NCBI GenBank assembly: GCA_040389365.1
Contig: JAZKAB010000009.1
Span: forward strand, 44,816 to 108,815
Source of the DNA: Patescibacteria group bacterium
GTDB taxonomy: Bacteria > Patescibacteriota > Minisyncoccia > Phycocordibacterales > UBA9973
Direction of reading: 5' to 3'
DNA: 64,000 nucleotides
The stretch's first letter is position 1; each line of letters starts with the position of its first letter. Below the pieces are notes generated by a model, which was given only the letters and a program-made list of their open reading frames with translations, made no database searches and was not told the origin of the DNA. A program made the translations under genes and the position numbers. Positions 1 to 9,718 of the stretch are shown here, one piece after another.

Positions 1-366
1 GAAATCGTCCGCACCGCAATCGCCTTCGGCATTGCTATCGGCATCGATACTGATCCTGCAGGCATTGCTCCATACATGCCGTATATCGAAAGCATTCAAT
101 GCATGGGCATCAAGAACGTCGGCTATCAGGGTCAGGCATTTGACGAGGGAGTATATGCGCAGATACAGAAGGTTAAGGAGCTCTACCCCGACAAGGCAAT
201 TGCGGTTGATGGCGGCGTGTCGCTAGAAAATGCAGTGCAGTTAGTTGAAGCGGGTGCGACCGAGCTGGTTATTGGCTCAGCGCTATTTCAGAATACCGAT
301 TCGCGCGGTACAATAGATACATTCTACAGACTATGCAACAGCGCGATTACACAATCAGAGAATTAG
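1..366 (+). CDS. rpe: ribulose-phosphate 3-epimerase, C-terminal part (5' end lies outside the window)
   Basis: The frame is open from nt 1. The sequence VGYQGQAF resembles the Rpe motif PGFGGQxF, and AIAVDGGVSLENAVQLVEAGATELVIGSALF matches the Rpe C-terminal barrel strands. Confidence 0.65.
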   Translation, partial: EIVRTAIAFGIAIGIDTDPAGIAPYMPYIESIQCMGIKNVGYQGQAFDEGVYAQIQKVKELYPDKAIAVDGGVSLENAVQLVEAGATELVIGSALFQNTDSRGTIDTFYRLCNSAITQSEN

Positions 367-1199
367 AGAGCAAGGCGAATGACATTCGCCAGTCTATTGT
401 CTCGATGCTGCTTGAAGCGGGAAGCGGCCACACTGCCGGACCGCTTGGCATGGCTGATGTCTTTACCGCCCTCTATTTCGAGCTTGCGCGCAATGACCCC
501 GAAAACCCGTCATGGCCTGAGCGCGATCGCATCGTGCTTTCAAACGGCCATATCTGCCCCGTCTTGTATGCGACGATGGCGCATGCGGGCTATTTTCCCG
601 TTGAGGAATTGCTGACTTTGAGAAAATACGGATCGCGACTGCAGGGGCACCCGCATCGCGACTTCTTGCCGTACCTGGAAAACTCTTCCGGGCCATTGGG
701 CAGCGGCCTGTCTCAGGCAATTGGCATGGCCATTGCAGACAGAATGGATAGCGGCATCGCTACAGAGCGCACCGTCTATTGCATGCTGGGAGACGGAGAG
801 CTCAACGAAGGCAACAATTGGGAGGCAATCATGCTGGGCGGCAAAGAGAAGCTCAACAATGTCATCGCTATCGTTGACCGCAACAACATACAGATTGACG
901 GCTATACCGAAGATATCATGCCGCTTGATTCTTTGACGGAGAAATGGGAAGCATTCAACTGGCACGTGCAGGAAATAGACGGCAACAATATGCAGGCTAT
1001 CATAGACGCAGTGCACACTGCCAAGGCAGTGTTTGAAAAGCCTTCAGTTATCATAGCCCGCACTATTCCAGGGAAGGGCGTAAAGGAATTCGAGCGAAAG
1101 TTCGAATGGCATGGCAAGGCGCCGAACAGAGAAGAGGCGAATATGGCGCTTGATGAATTGAGAACATTGGGAGGAAAGATAAGGAGCGAACATAAATAA
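333..1199 (+). CDS. transketolase, N-terminal (thiamine diphosphate-binding) subunit of a split enzyme
   Basis: The motifs GSGHTAGPLGMADV, LSNGH, GSRLQGHP and GDGELNEGNNWEA are classic transketolase N-terminal signatures. The gene is followed immediately by the C-terminal subunit gene. Confidence 0.85.
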   Translation: MQQRDYTIRELESKANDIRQSIVSMLLEAGSGHTAGPLGMADVFTALYFELARNDPENPSWPERDRIVLSNGHICPVLYATMAHAGYFPVEELLTLRKYGSRLQGHPHRDFLPYLENSSGPLGSGLSQAIGMAIADRMDSGIATERTVYCMLGDGELNEGNNWEAIMLGGKEKLNNVIAIVDRNNIQIDGYTEDIMPLDSLTEKWEAFNWHVQEIDGNNMQAIIDAVHTAKAVFEKPSVIIARTIPGKGVKEFERKFEWHGKAPNREEANMALDELRTLGGKIRSEHK

Positions 1200-1208
1200 A
1201 ATAAAAAA

Positions 1209-2201
1209 ATGCTCAACCCACAATTAAAACTCAATACAAACGTATTTGCCGATGATGTAGAGCAGGTGCCTATTCGCAAGGGCTTTGGCGAAGGGCTGGT
1301 GCAGGCAGGAGAGGCAAACAAGCAGGTTGTTGCGCTCTGTGCCGACCTGACTGAGTCAACGCAGATGCACTTGTTCAAGAACAAGTTTCCAGAACGCTTC
1401 GTTGAGATTGGCGTTGCTGAACAGAACCTTGCAACGGTTGCTTCAGGCATGGCAGCGATGGGCAAGTACCCGTTCTTCTCTTCATATGCCATGTTCAGTC
1501 CGGGGCGAAATTGGGAGCAGATCCGTACGACTATCTGCTATAACGATCGGCCGGCAGTTATTGTTGGCAGCCATGCCGGCGTATCTGTTGGCCCTGATGG
1601 CGGCACGCACCAGGCAATCGAAGACATGGCACTGATGCGCGTCTTGCCGCGCATGACAGTTATCTCGCCTTGCGACGCGATACAGGCCAAGCAGGCAACG
1701 CTTGCGCTCTCTGCCAACCCTCGCATTGCGTATCTTCGACTTGCGCGAGAAAAGACGCCGGTTATAACAACTGAAGAAACGCCGTTTGAAATAGGGAAAG
1801 GGCAGATACTGTTTCGCCCTGACGGCATCGCGCAGGTTGCCATTATCGCAACAGGCGGGCTTGTTGCGCACGCGCTTCGCGCTGCCAAGGATTTGGAAAA
1901 GAAACACATCAAGGCAGTTGTTGCCAATATACATACTATAAAGCCGATTGATACTGATCTCTTGGTACAGCTGGCCAAGGAAACAAAAGCAATTGTTTCT
2001 GTTGAAGAGCATCAGATTGCGGGAGGGTTAGGCAGCGCTATTGCTGAAACGCTGGCAACAAGAGTTCCGGTGCCGATGGAATTTATTGGCGTACAGGATG
2101 AGTTCGGCCAGTCAGGAACGCCGCAGGAACTGATTCAGAAATATGGCATGGATCAGGATGCGATTGTTGCGGCGGTACTGAAAGTGCTAGATAGGAAATA
2201 A
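1209..2201 (+). CDS. transketolase, C-terminal (pyrimidine-binding) subunit
   Basis: The product starts with FGEGLVQAGEANKQVVALCADLTESTQ. It has a pyrimidine-binding domain followed by a C-terminal transketolase domain, and the gene sits 10 nt after the N-terminal subunit gene. Confidence 0.85.
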   Translation: MLNPQLKLNTNVFADDVEQVPIRKGFGEGLVQAGEANKQVVALCADLTESTQMHLFKNKFPERFVEIGVAEQNLATVASGMAAMGKYPFFSSYAMFSPGRNWEQIRTTICYNDRPAVIVGSHAGVSVGPDGGTHQAIEDMALMRVLPRMTVISPCDAIQAKQATLALSANPRIAYLRLAREKTPVITTEETPFEIGKGQILFRPDGIAQVAIIATGGLVAHALRAAKDLEKKHIKAVVANIHTIKPIDTDLLVQLAKETKAIVSVEEHQIAGGLGSAIAETLATRVPVPMEFIGVQDEFGQSGTPQELIQKYGMDQDAIVAAVLKVLDRK

Positions 2202-2239
2202 TACATAACAAAAAAGCTCCTCGATGAGGGGCTTTTTTG

Positions 2240-3232
2240 CTATTCTAATATTGTAGCTTGATATTGCGCGGGTGCATTCACCAGATACTGCTGCAGGCTT
2301 TCCCTTGTCAGCAATCCTTTCTGCGCGCCGACATACTGCACGACAGACATGGAGTTGATTGGCCCCCATTGCAGCGCCTCAGGAACAGTCTTGCCTATAA
2401 GCAATGCAACTGAAACGGTTGAGGCAAACGCGTCTCCGGCACCGGTGCGCTCGAACGGGTCATGCGGGTATACGGGCATAAACCAGTGCGTCGTGCCGTC
2501 TGAGGCATACGCGCCCTTGATGCCGTCAGTTATGAAGACGAGCTTTGGTCCAAGTGCGTGCAGTGACTTGATCAGTTCCTTTACGTCATGCGTACTGTTT
2601 TTTGTTATAAGCTGCGCTTCTTCAAGGTTGCAGAAGAATGCATAGGTATTTGCATAGATATCTTTTAGTACTTCCGTGCCAAGCTTCATCTGGAACGTGC
2701 CTGGCTGGAATACCACTTTCATTTCAGAATGCTCCTTGATGAATGTTGCGATTTCAGCGTGATACGCTTCGGTATGGTCTCCGAGAGAAGAAAGGTACAG
2801 CATCTTAGGCGCGACGGTCAGTGCAGGCATCGCAACAGGGAATGTTGCATGCTTTACGAGAATGGTGCGCTCAACGCCATACCAGAGCACGTAGTGGTAA
2901 TTGGTCTTGATACCGTCATGCATGCCAACGTATTGCGTCTGTACGTTGTTTTTCTTCAATTCCTCAATGCAGTCTTTGCCTTGCTGGTCTTGTCCAACAT
3001 GCGCAAGCAATGCCGCTGAAAGGCCGAGGCGTGCAGCAGAAACTGCAGCATTGGCGCTATTGCCAACAGCCTTCACTTCTTCCATAGACTCGTACGGCAC
3101 CTTGTCGCCATAGCGAAAGGCAAGATTCGCATTGCTGCCGTCTGCAGCTGTTATGACTTCTGCGTCATTTACTCTGATAAACGCATCGGTTACCATGTCG
3201 CCGATAGCGAGAAAATCTATTTGTTGGTCCAT
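2240..3232 (-). CDS. PfkB/ribokinase-family carbohydrate kinase
   Basis: The product has an N-terminal DFLAIGDMVTDAF motif and a C-terminal GAGDAF anion-hole motif typical of the ribokinase superfamily. The start was chosen at MDQQIDF (nt 3232) to avoid overlapping fba. Confidence 0.65.
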   Translation of the reverse strand: MDQQIDFLAIGDMVTDAFIRVNDAEVITAADGSNANLAFRYGDKVPYESMEEVKAVGNSANAAVSAARLGLSAALLAHVGQDQQGKDCIEELKKNNVQTQYVGMHDGIKTNYHYVLWYGVERTILVKHATFPVAMPALTVAPKMLYLSSLGDHTEAYHAEIATFIKEHSEMKVVFQPGTFQMKLGTEVLKDIYANTYAFFCNLEEAQLITKNSTHDVKELIKSLHALGPKLVFITDGIKGAYASDGTTHWFMPVYPHDPFERTGAGDAFASTVSVALLIGKTVPEALQWGPINSMSVVQYVGAQKGLLTRESLQQYLVNAPAQYQATILE

Positions 3233-3248
3233 ATGATACAATTGTATC

Positions 3249-4115
3249 ATGAATACCCTTAAGGAATATATCGCGCAGGCGAGAGCAGAAAAGAAGGCAA
3301 TCGGCCATTTTAACTTTTCAAACATTGAGGGGCTCTATGCTATTGCGCGAGCGGCAAAGACGCTGGGCGTACCTGTTATTGTCGGCACGGCAGAGGGAGA
3401 AGAGGAGGCTGTGGGCACCAAGGCTGCCGTTGCATTGGTCCGCATCATTCGCGAAGAATGGCAGATCCCCATATTTCTCAATGCCGACCATCACTATAGC
3501 TTCGCGACGGTGAAGGCATGCATAGACGCAGGGTATGACTCGGTTATTTATGACGGGGCAAAGCTGACGTTCGAGGAAAACGTTGCCATCTCAAAGCAGT
3601 GCGTTGAATACGTGCGCCAGATCAGCGCTGCAACCGGCCGAGACATTCTTGTGGAGGTTGAGCTCGGCTATATTGGCGAAGGCTCAAAGCTTCGTGAAGA
3701 AATTCCTGAAGGATTAAGCGCTGTTACCAGTCCTGAAGAGGCTAAGCTCTTTCTTGATCAGACCGGCGCAGACATGCTTGCTCCCGCAGTTGGAAACTTT
3801 CACGGCATGCTCAAGCATGCTGACAAGCCGCGCTTGAATATAGACGCTATTAAAAAAATTGCAGCCATAACCGACAAGCCGTTGGTCTTGCACGGCGGCA
3901 GCGGGGAAGAGGCAGACTTTGATGCAGCTATTGATGCAGGCATTAGCATTATTCACGTAAATACAGAATTGCGCCGCGCCTTCACTTCAGCGCTCAAAGA
4001 TTATTTGAATGCCAATCCAGACGACATTGCGCCTTACAAGTACACGGCCAATGCGTCGCTTGCGATGGAGGCAGCGGTGACAAAGAATTTGAAGATATTT
4101 AACCGCATGAACTAA
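3249..4115 (+). CDS. fba: class II fructose/tagatose-bisphosphate aldolase
   Basis: The motifs GHFNF, LNADHH, VEVELGYIGEGS and LHGGSG are class II aldolase signatures. Confidence 0.85.
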   Translation: MNTLKEYIAQARAEKKAIGHFNFSNIEGLYAIARAAKTLGVPVIVGTAEGEEEAVGTKAAVALVRIIREEWQIPIFLNADHHYSFATVKACIDAGYDSVIYDGAKLTFEENVAISKQCVEYVRQISAATGRDILVEVELGYIGEGSKLREEIPEGLSAVTSPEEAKLFLDQTGADMLAPAVGNFHGMLKHADKPRLNIDAIKKIAAITDKPLVLHGGSGEEADFDAAIDAGISIIHVNTELRRAFTSALKDYLNANPDDIAPYKYTANASLAMEAAVTKNLKIFNRMN

Positions 4116-4116
4116 T

Positions 4117-5781
4117 ATGATTAACGTCTCAGACCTTCAGAAGCACGTGCATGGCGAAGTGATGGCAGACGAGCCGACGCTGATCAAGTATTCTCGCGAT
4201 GCCAGCCTTTTTGAAGTGCGGCCGGAAGCGGTTGTCTTTCCGAAAGATACTGCTGACGTGCAGGCGATCGTGCAGTATATTGCAGCGCACAAGGAGCAGG
4301 ACCCGTCGCTTTCAATCACCGCGCGCTCTGCCGGCACTGACATGTCTGGCGGCCCGCTGAACGAAAGCCTTATCATGGACTTTACCAAGTACATGCACAC
4401 GCTCGTGTCAGTTGATGACAATAGGGGCATTGCGCAGCCCGGCGTGTTCTATAGGGATTTTGAAAAGGAAACGCTGAAGCGCAATCGGCTTATGCCCGCA
4501 TATACTGCGTCTAAGGAACTAAATGCAATTGGCGGCATGGTCGCCAACAATTCAGGCGGCGAGAAGTCGATCAAGTATGGCAAGACAGAAAACTATGTCT
4601 TGCGTCAAAAGGTTGTCTTTTCAGACGGGAACGAGTATGAAGTGCAGCCGTTGAACAAAGAGGAGCTTGCTGCCAAGATGGCTCAGGGAGACTTTGAAGG
4701 CAACGTATACAAGCAGCTCTATGACCTTATCGAGCTGCACTATGACGCCATTCAGGCAGCGCGCCCGAACGTAACAAAAAACTCAGCCGGATACTATCTC
4801 TGGAATGTCTGGAACAGGGAGACAGGCATATTTGATCCAAACAAGGTACTCGTCGGCTCGCAAGGCACGCTTGCGCTGAGCACTGAAATTGAGCTAGGGC
4901 TGGTGCCCGTGCCGAAGCATTCGAAGATGGTGGTGATGTACTTGCCAACGATTGCTCGATTGGGAGAGGTTGTTGATACGGTGATGCGGTACAAGCCAGA
5001 AAGCTTCGAATCGTATGACGACTACAGCATGAAGCTTGCCATCAAGTTCTCGTTTGACTTCTTTTCGCAGCTTGGCTTCTGGGGCGCGATTAAGCTTGGC
5101 ATTCAGTTTATTCCTGATTTGTGGCAGGTGATCATCGGCGGCGTCCCGAAGCTTATCCTGATGGCAGAAGTGACCGGAGACGACGAGGCAGAGGTATTGG
5201 CGCGTGCCAATGCCATTAAGGCAGCGGTGAAGCCGTTTAAGTACAGCACCCATGTTGCGCGAAGCGCGGCTGAGGTTGAGAAATACTGGAAGATACGCAG
5301 AGAAAGCTTTAACCTGCTGCGCAAGCACGTGCAGGGAAAGCAGACCGCGCCTTTCATCGACGACATTATCGTTGACCCGCACAAGATGCCGGAATTCCTG
5401 CCGCAGCTGCAGGCGATTCTTGACCAGTATAAGCTCGTGTATACGATTGCGGGACACGCAGGCAATGGCAATTTTCATATCATTCCATTGATGGATCTGA
5501 ACAATCCTATTTCAAGCGACATCATCCTTGACCTTTCGAAGAAGGTCTACACGCTTGTTACCGCATACAAGGGCTCCATTACCGCCGAACACAATGACGG
5601 CATTATCCGCACGCCATTTCTTTCATACATGTATAGTCCAGAAATTATTCAACTGTTTGCCAAGGTCAAGGATATCTTTGACCCGCTGCATATCTTCAAT
5701 CCAGGCAAGAAGGTTGGGGGATCGTTTGAGTATATTGGCACGCACCTCGTAAAGTCTCATCCAGTTGCGCATAATTCATAA
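4117..5781 (+). CDS. FAD-binding oxidoreductase (FAD-linked oxidase, GlcD/D-lactate dehydrogenase-like)
   Basis: The product has a PCMH-type FAD-binding region (ARSAGTDMSGGPL, GGMVANNSGGEKS). A 554-aa length is typical for this family. Confidence 0.7.
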   Translation: MINVSDLQKHVHGEVMADEPTLIKYSRDASLFEVRPEAVVFPKDTADVQAIVQYIAAHKEQDPSLSITARSAGTDMSGGPLNESLIMDFTKYMHTLVSVDDNRGIAQPGVFYRDFEKETLKRNRLMPAYTASKELNAIGGMVANNSGGEKSIKYGKTENYVLRQKVVFSDGNEYEVQPLNKEELAAKMAQGDFEGNVYKQLYDLIELHYDAIQAARPNVTKNSAGYYLWNVWNRETGIFDPNKVLVGSQGTLALSTEIELGLVPVPKHSKMVVMYLPTIARLGEVVDTVMRYKPESFESYDDYSMKLAIKFSFDFFSQLGFWGAIKLGIQFIPDLWQVIIGGVPKLILMAEVTGDDEAEVLARANAIKAAVKPFKYSTHVARSAAEVEKYWKIRRESFNLLRKHVQGKQTAPFIDDIIVDPHKMPEFLPQLQAILDQYKLVYTIAGHAGNGNFHIIPLMDLNNPISSDIILDLSKKVYTLVTAYKGSITAEHNDGIIRTPFLSYMYSPEIIQLFAKVKDIFDPLHIFNPGKKVGGSFEYIGTHLVKSHPVAHNS

Positions 5782-5788
5782 ATAAAAA

Positions 5789-5815
5789 AAGCGCAGTTCA
5801 TTTAGAAATGCGCTT
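5789..5815. terminator. hairpin between convergent genes (aagcgca-N13-tgcgctt)
   Basis: A 7-bp stem is preceded by an A-run and lies between the + strand gene ending at 5781 and the - strand ORF ending at 5798. Confidence 0.35.
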
Positions 5816-6082
5816 CTGTACCTGATATTTTTTTAATGCCTGATCGGAAATATGAAATGGTCCATTGATATATCCGAGCACGCTGAACATAGCTCCAATT
5901 GCAAGGGAAAATCCTATAATAATTATAGCCTGCAAGGGGTTGTTATCCCGTAAGCCAAAGCTGTACGCGATCATGAACACAGCCGAGATAATAGTCAGGG
6001 CGATGCCATATTGGAAAGCGCCCAGCCATCTTCCTTTTGTAGTTTTCGAGAAGCTATCTTTCTTTGATTGTATGCTTTCCAT
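5798..6082 (-). CDS. small membrane protein, hypothetical
   Basis: A 94-aa ORF with two hydrophobic segments fills the gap upstream of the L25 gene. Confidence 0.35.
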   Translation of the reverse strand: MESIQSKKDSFSKTTKGRWLGAFQYGIALTIISAVFMIAYSFGLRDNNPLQAIIIIGFSLAIGAMFSVLGYINGPFHISDQALKKYQVQKRISK

Positions 6083-6164
6083 AACAATAGTTTTTTCTTA
6101 CTATATAACTAAAATATTTAAAGTCAACAAAATATTGCATATTTTCTCTTTTTCAGTATACTAA

Positions 6165-6788
6165 GTGCCTATGATTACCCTAGAAGCAACACAACGAAAC
6201 GGCTCAGCTGAAGCAATTCGCGAGCAAGACATGATCCCAGCAGTGTATTATGGCGCAGGCAGCGATGCGGTGTCTATTGCAGTTCCTGCAAAGGCATTTG
6301 CCAAGGTATTGAAGGAAGCAGGCGAAACTACTCCTGTTACCCTTACAATCGGCGGCGAAAAGATCAGCACTATCATTCATGACATGCAGCACAATCACCG
6401 CACTGGCGACGTGACGCACATAGACTTCCTGATCATCGACATGAAGCAGGAGCTTGAAGTGTCTGTGCCGCTTGAATTCGTCGGCACTGCAGAAGCTGAA
6501 AAGGCAGGCCTAGGAACAATCACCAAGGCTATCCACGAAGTGCAGGTATCTGCGCTTCCAGCAAACCTCCCTCACTCATTCGAGATTGACGTTACGAATC
6601 TTGCCACGCTTGAAGACCAGATTCACGTGAAGGACATCAAGCTGCCAAAGGGCGTAACGATGATCACTGACGGCGAAGAAGTCGTTGCAATGGTTGCTCA
6701 TTTCGTTGAAGAAGCGGAAGAAGCTCCAGCGCTTGACCTTTCTGCAATTGAAGTAGAAAAGAAAGGAAAGACAGAAGACGAGGAATAA
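6165..6788 (+). CDS. rplY: 50S ribosomal protein L25 (general stress protein Ctc form)
   Basis: The L25/Ctc N-domain is present (RNGSAEAIREQDMIPAVYYG...HDMQHNHRTGDVTHIDFL), followed by the long acidic C-terminal extension typical of Ctc. Confidence 0.85.
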   Translation: MPMITLEATQRNGSAEAIREQDMIPAVYYGAGSDAVSIAVPAKAFAKVLKEAGETTPVTLTIGGEKISTIIHDMQHNHRTGDVTHIDFLIIDMKQELEVSVPLEFVGTAEAEKAGLGTITKAIHEVQVSALPANLPHSFEIDVTNLATLEDQIHVKDIKLPKGVTMITDGEEVVAMVAHFVEEAEEAPALDLSAIEVEKKGKTEDEE

Positions 6789-6814
6789 TCACTTTCGTCA
6801 ATAGATTCTCATGT

Positions 6815-6840
6815 AAGACTCCTGGTATACTAGGAGTCTT
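6815..6840 (+). terminator. rho-independent terminator-like hairpin after the L25 gene
   Basis: The stem aagactcct pairs with aggagtctt across an 8-nt loop, immediately before the next gene. Confidence 0.45.
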
Positions 6841-6846
6841 ATTGTT

Positions 6847-8262
6847 ATGACCAACACATTGATTAAAAAGCTATTCATAGGGACACTCGCTATCCTTATG
6901 CCGTTATCATTTGTCCCTTTATTTAGCGTTAAAGAAGTAGAAGCTGCAAGTCCTGCAGTGTGTACTAATCCAAGTACGCCTGAAATAGCACAGGCCTGTG
7001 CCGACTATGAGGCTGAAAACAAGGTCTTGGCACAACTCCAGGCTCAGCTTGCCGCCCAGAAGGCAAAGAGCGGCTCGTTGCAGAAGAACGTTAATGCGCT
7101 TGTGTCTCAGATTACGACAACGCAGTCAAAGATTTCAAAGGAAATCAGCAACATTAATAGCCTGAGCATCCAGATTGGCGAGAAGCAGAAGGCTATTGGC
7201 GACTTGAACTCAGAACTTGACCGTCAGCATGCTTCTATGGCGCAGCTTATTACCCGCACTGACGAAATTGACCAGAAAGGCGCGGAATATGTACTGTTAA
7301 GCGCCGATTCTATTTCAACCTTCTATAAGGACCTTGATGACTTCTTTTCTATCAAGGAATCCCTATATGGCGCGCTGACGCGCGTGAAGGAAATTCGCAG
7401 CGTAACGCAGACCCAGGAACAGCAGCTGCAAGACAAGCAGTTCCAGGCGCTTGATGCAAAGAACGCATTGCTGAGCCAGAAAAACCAGCTTGCAACAAAC
7501 CAAAAGCAGGTGCAACAGCTGTTAACAAGCAGCAAGACCCAAGAGCAGCAGGAAGCGTCATTGGTGTCAGCGCAGCAGAAGAAGGTTTCAGCAATTGAAA
7601 GCAAGCTCTTCAGCTTCGCCGGAGGCGCAACGGGTGCTATTCCGTTCAGCCAGGCATACCAGTATGCCTCAGAAGCGTCGCGCGTTACCGGCGTGCGCGC
7701 AGCATTTATTCTCGCGATTCTGACTCAGGAATCTAATCTCGGAAAGAATGTCGGAACGTGCAATCGCCCTGGCGATCCCGTGTCTAAGAGCTACAAGAAC
7801 ATCATGCCTGGTCCTGTACAGAAGGCGGCAGGGAAGTCTTCTCGCGATGACCAGAGTGCCTTCCTGCGCATCACAGCCGCGCTTGGCTTGAACCCAGAAG
7901 TAACTCCTGTATCTTGTCCGATTGGAGGCGGCGGCTGGGGCGGAGCGATGGGTCCTGCACAGTTCATCCCAACAACATGGGAAGGTATTGCACCGCGCGT
8001 TGCCTCAAACCTTGGCAAGTCAACTGCTAATCCGTGGAATGCCCGCGACGCCATTATGGCCTCAGCGACATACTTGAAGGACCGCGGCGCGACAGGCGGG
8101 GAAACTAACGAGCGCAATGCAGCCTGCAAGTACTATTCTGGCCGCTCATGCGACGGCAAGACGCCAGCAAACAGCTTTTACGGAAACAGCGTTATGTCGC
8201 TTGCCCGCGGCATCCAGACCGATATTGACTATTTGGTACAATATGGCGTTTCAAAGCGATAG
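6847..8262 (+). CDS. secreted coiled-coil protein with a C-terminal lytic transglycosylase (SLT)-like domain
   Basis: It has a signal peptide and about 250 aa of Q/K-rich coiled coil. The C-terminus reads AAFILAILTQESNLG ... MASATYL, which is the E-S motif environment of SLT-domain transglycosylases. Confidence 0.45.
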   Translation: MTNTLIKKLFIGTLAILMPLSFVPLFSVKEVEAASPAVCTNPSTPEIAQACADYEAENKVLAQLQAQLAAQKAKSGSLQKNVNALVSQITTTQSKISKEISNINSLSIQIGEKQKAIGDLNSELDRQHASMAQLITRTDEIDQKGAEYVLLSADSISTFYKDLDDFFSIKESLYGALTRVKEIRSVTQTQEQQLQDKQFQALDAKNALLSQKNQLATNQKQVQQLLTSSKTQEQQEASLVSAQQKKVSAIESKLFSFAGGATGAIPFSQAYQYASEASRVTGVRAAFILAILTQESNLGKNVGTCNRPGDPVSKSYKNIMPGPVQKAAGKSSRDDQSAFLRITAALGLNPEVTPVSCPIGGGGWGGAMGPAQFIPTTWEGIAPRVASNLGKSTANPWNARDAIMASATYLKDRGATGGETNERNAACKYYSGRSCDGKTPANSFYGNSVMSLARGIQTDIDYLVQYGVSKR

Positions 8263-8308
8263 TATAAGGGCTTGAAATCCCTGCAAACTATGCTACAATA
8301 GACCAACT

Positions 8309-8560
8309 ATGAAAAAAGACACCCATCCCAAGAACTTCCGCGACGTGGTATTTCATGACAACTCGTCTGATACTGATTTCGTGATCGCTTCTACCGTACG
8401 AACTACAGAGACCATTACGAAAGACGGCAAGGAATACCCAATGTTCCGCGTTGAAATTTCAAGCGCCTCTCATCCGTTCTATACCGGTACTGAAAAGGTT
8501 ATCGACACTGCCGGACGCGTTGATCGCTTCAACAAGCGTCGCGCTGCATCAGCAAAGTAA
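8309..8560 (+). CDS. rpmE: 50S ribosomal protein L31 (non-zinc type B)
   Basis: The product starts MKKDTHPK and contains [21 protein letters not shown]. It has no CxxC pair, which marks it as type B. Confidence 0.85.
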   Translation: MKKDTHPKNFRDVVFHDNSSDTDFVIASTVRTTETITKDGKEYPMFRVEISSASHPFYTGTEKVIDTAGRVDRFNKRRAASAK

Positions 8561-8570
8561 CGCTGCTATA

Positions 8571-8597
8571 AAAAGCCACTTCGCCGTGGCTTTTTAT
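8571..8597 (+). terminator. terminator hairpin after rpmE
   Basis: The hairpin is aaagccac-ttcgcc-gtggcttt followed by a run of T. Confidence 0.5.
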
Positions 8598-8614
8598 ATT
8601 GCTACACTATACCC

Positions 8615-9556
8615 ATGATCGACATCGACGCCTTAAAAAAGAATCACAAGACCCAATACCTCGCAGAGCAGTACGAAGGTCTTTTGAAGCAGGAGGCTGA
8701 AACGCAGGCGCTTGCCGAGACAGACTCTTCAATGAAGGAAATGGCGCAGGACGAGCTTGAGGCTATTGCCGTGCAGAAGAGCGCGCTTGAAGCGCAGTTC
8801 ATAGCGATCGAAGAGTCAGAAAAGGAAGAGGAGGAGTTTCCAAACGAAATCATTCTTGAAGCCCGTGCAGGCGCGGGCGGCGACGAGGCGAACCTCTTCG
8901 CGCACCAGCTGGTTGAAATGTATTGCCGCTTTGCCGAAAGCAAGGGATGGCAATGGAAGATGACCGACGACATGAGCGTTGAAATCAAGGGGAAGGACGT
9001 GTATCGCTTGCTGCGCTTCGAGACAGGAGTGCACCGCGTGCAGCGCGTTCCTGCAACTGAAAAGAACGGCCGCATCCACACCTCGACTGCGTCCATTGCC
9101 ATTCTGCCTATTAAGAAAAAGGTGACATTTGAAATCAATCCGGCAGACTTGGACATGGAATATTCTCGCTCAGGCGGCGCGGGCGGGCAGAACGTCAACA
9201 AGGTTGAGACGGCCGTGCGCCTCATACACCGCCCGACAGGCATCGACGTGCGCTCAACCAGCGAGCGCAGCCAGCTTGGCAACCGCGAGAAGGCCTTTGC
9301 CATTCTGACTGCCAAGCTGCAGCAAATGAAGGAAGCTGAAGAGGCTGCAAAGTATGCCGGCGATCGCAAGAGCCAGATCGGCACTGCTGATCGCAGCGAA
9401 AAGATTCGTACCTATAACTTCCCGCAAGACCGCCTCACCGACCACCGCATTCGCCAGAACTTCTCCAATATTGAAGGCATTATGGCAGGCAAGCTGGATA
9501 AGGTTATCGACGCGGTGCAGACAGGAGAGTTTGGCGACGCAGCGGAGGAGGAATAG
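8615..9556 (+). CDS. prfA: peptide chain release factor 1
   Basis: It has the GGQ motif ([18 protein letters not shown]) and a PxT tripeptide (RVPATE), which is the RF1 type. There is no internal frameshift site of the kind found in the RF2 gene. Confidence 0.8.
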   Translation: MIDIDALKKNHKTQYLAEQYEGLLKQEAETQALAETDSSMKEMAQDELEAIAVQKSALEAQFIAIEESEKEEEEFPNEIILEARAGAGGDEANLFAHQLVEMYCRFAESKGWQWKMTDDMSVEIKGKDVYRLLRFETGVHRVQRVPATEKNGRIHTSTASIAILPIKKKVTFEINPADLDMEYSRSGGAGGQNVNKVETAVRLIHRPTGIDVRSTSERSQLGNREKAFAILTAKLQQMKEAEEAAKYAGDRKSQIGTADRSEKIRTYNFPQDRLTDHRIRQNFSNIEGIMAGKLDKVIDAVQTGEFGDAAEEE

Positions 9557-9562
9557 TGCGGC

Positions 9563-9590
9563 TTGAATAAACGCCAGAATTTGGTATAGT
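9563..9590 (+). promoter_or_regulatory. candidate sigma70-like promoter for tRNA-Ile (TTGAAT-16-TATAGT)
   Basis: The -35 and -10 hexamers lie 15 nt upstream of the mature tRNA 5' end. Confidence 0.3.
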
Positions 9591-9605
9591 ACTGCAGTCA
9601 ACCAC

Positions 9606-9677
9606 GCGTGCATAGTTCAGTGGTAGAACGCTGTCCTGATAAGACAGAGGTCCATGGTCCGATTCCATGTGCACGCA
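9606..9677 (+). tRNA. tRNA-Ile (anticodon GAU)
   Basis: It is a 72-nt cloverleaf with a 7-bp acceptor stem (GCGTGCA/TGCACGC), D-loop AGTGGTA, anticodon stem CTGTC/GACAG, loop CTGATAA and T-loop TCCGATT. Confidence 0.8.
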
Positions 9678-9683
9678 CAAAAA

Positions 9684-9713
9684 AACGCCTCTTCGCTATT
9701 GCGAGGAGGCGTT
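9684..9713. terminator. bidirectional terminator hairpin (13-bp stem, loop tatt)
   Basis: The arm aacgcctcttcgc pairs with gcgaggaggcgtt. It lies between the tRNA on the + strand and the convergent - strand gene. Confidence 0.6.
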
Positions 9714-9718
9714 TGCCG

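Noticed and set aside
540-1492. Long antisense ORFs inside the transketolase genes (540..1016 -, 902..1492 -, 1482..2012 -, 1538..1978 -)
   Set aside because: They are shadow ORFs on the opposite strand of well-supported genes. Their products are Cys/Ser/Arg-rich and low-complexity, and they have no motifs.
8615-9556. Possibility that the release factor gene is prfB with a programmed +1 frameshift
   Set aside because: The ORF is uninterrupted, and the tripeptide is PAT (RF1 type) rather than SPF (RF2 type). It is called RF1.
9606-9677. tRNA-Ile as the phage integration target
   Set aside because: It lies about 5.7 kb away from the left phage boundary, with housekeeping genes (rsmI, ctpA-like, rplI, rpmA) in between. 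It is not adjacent to the element.
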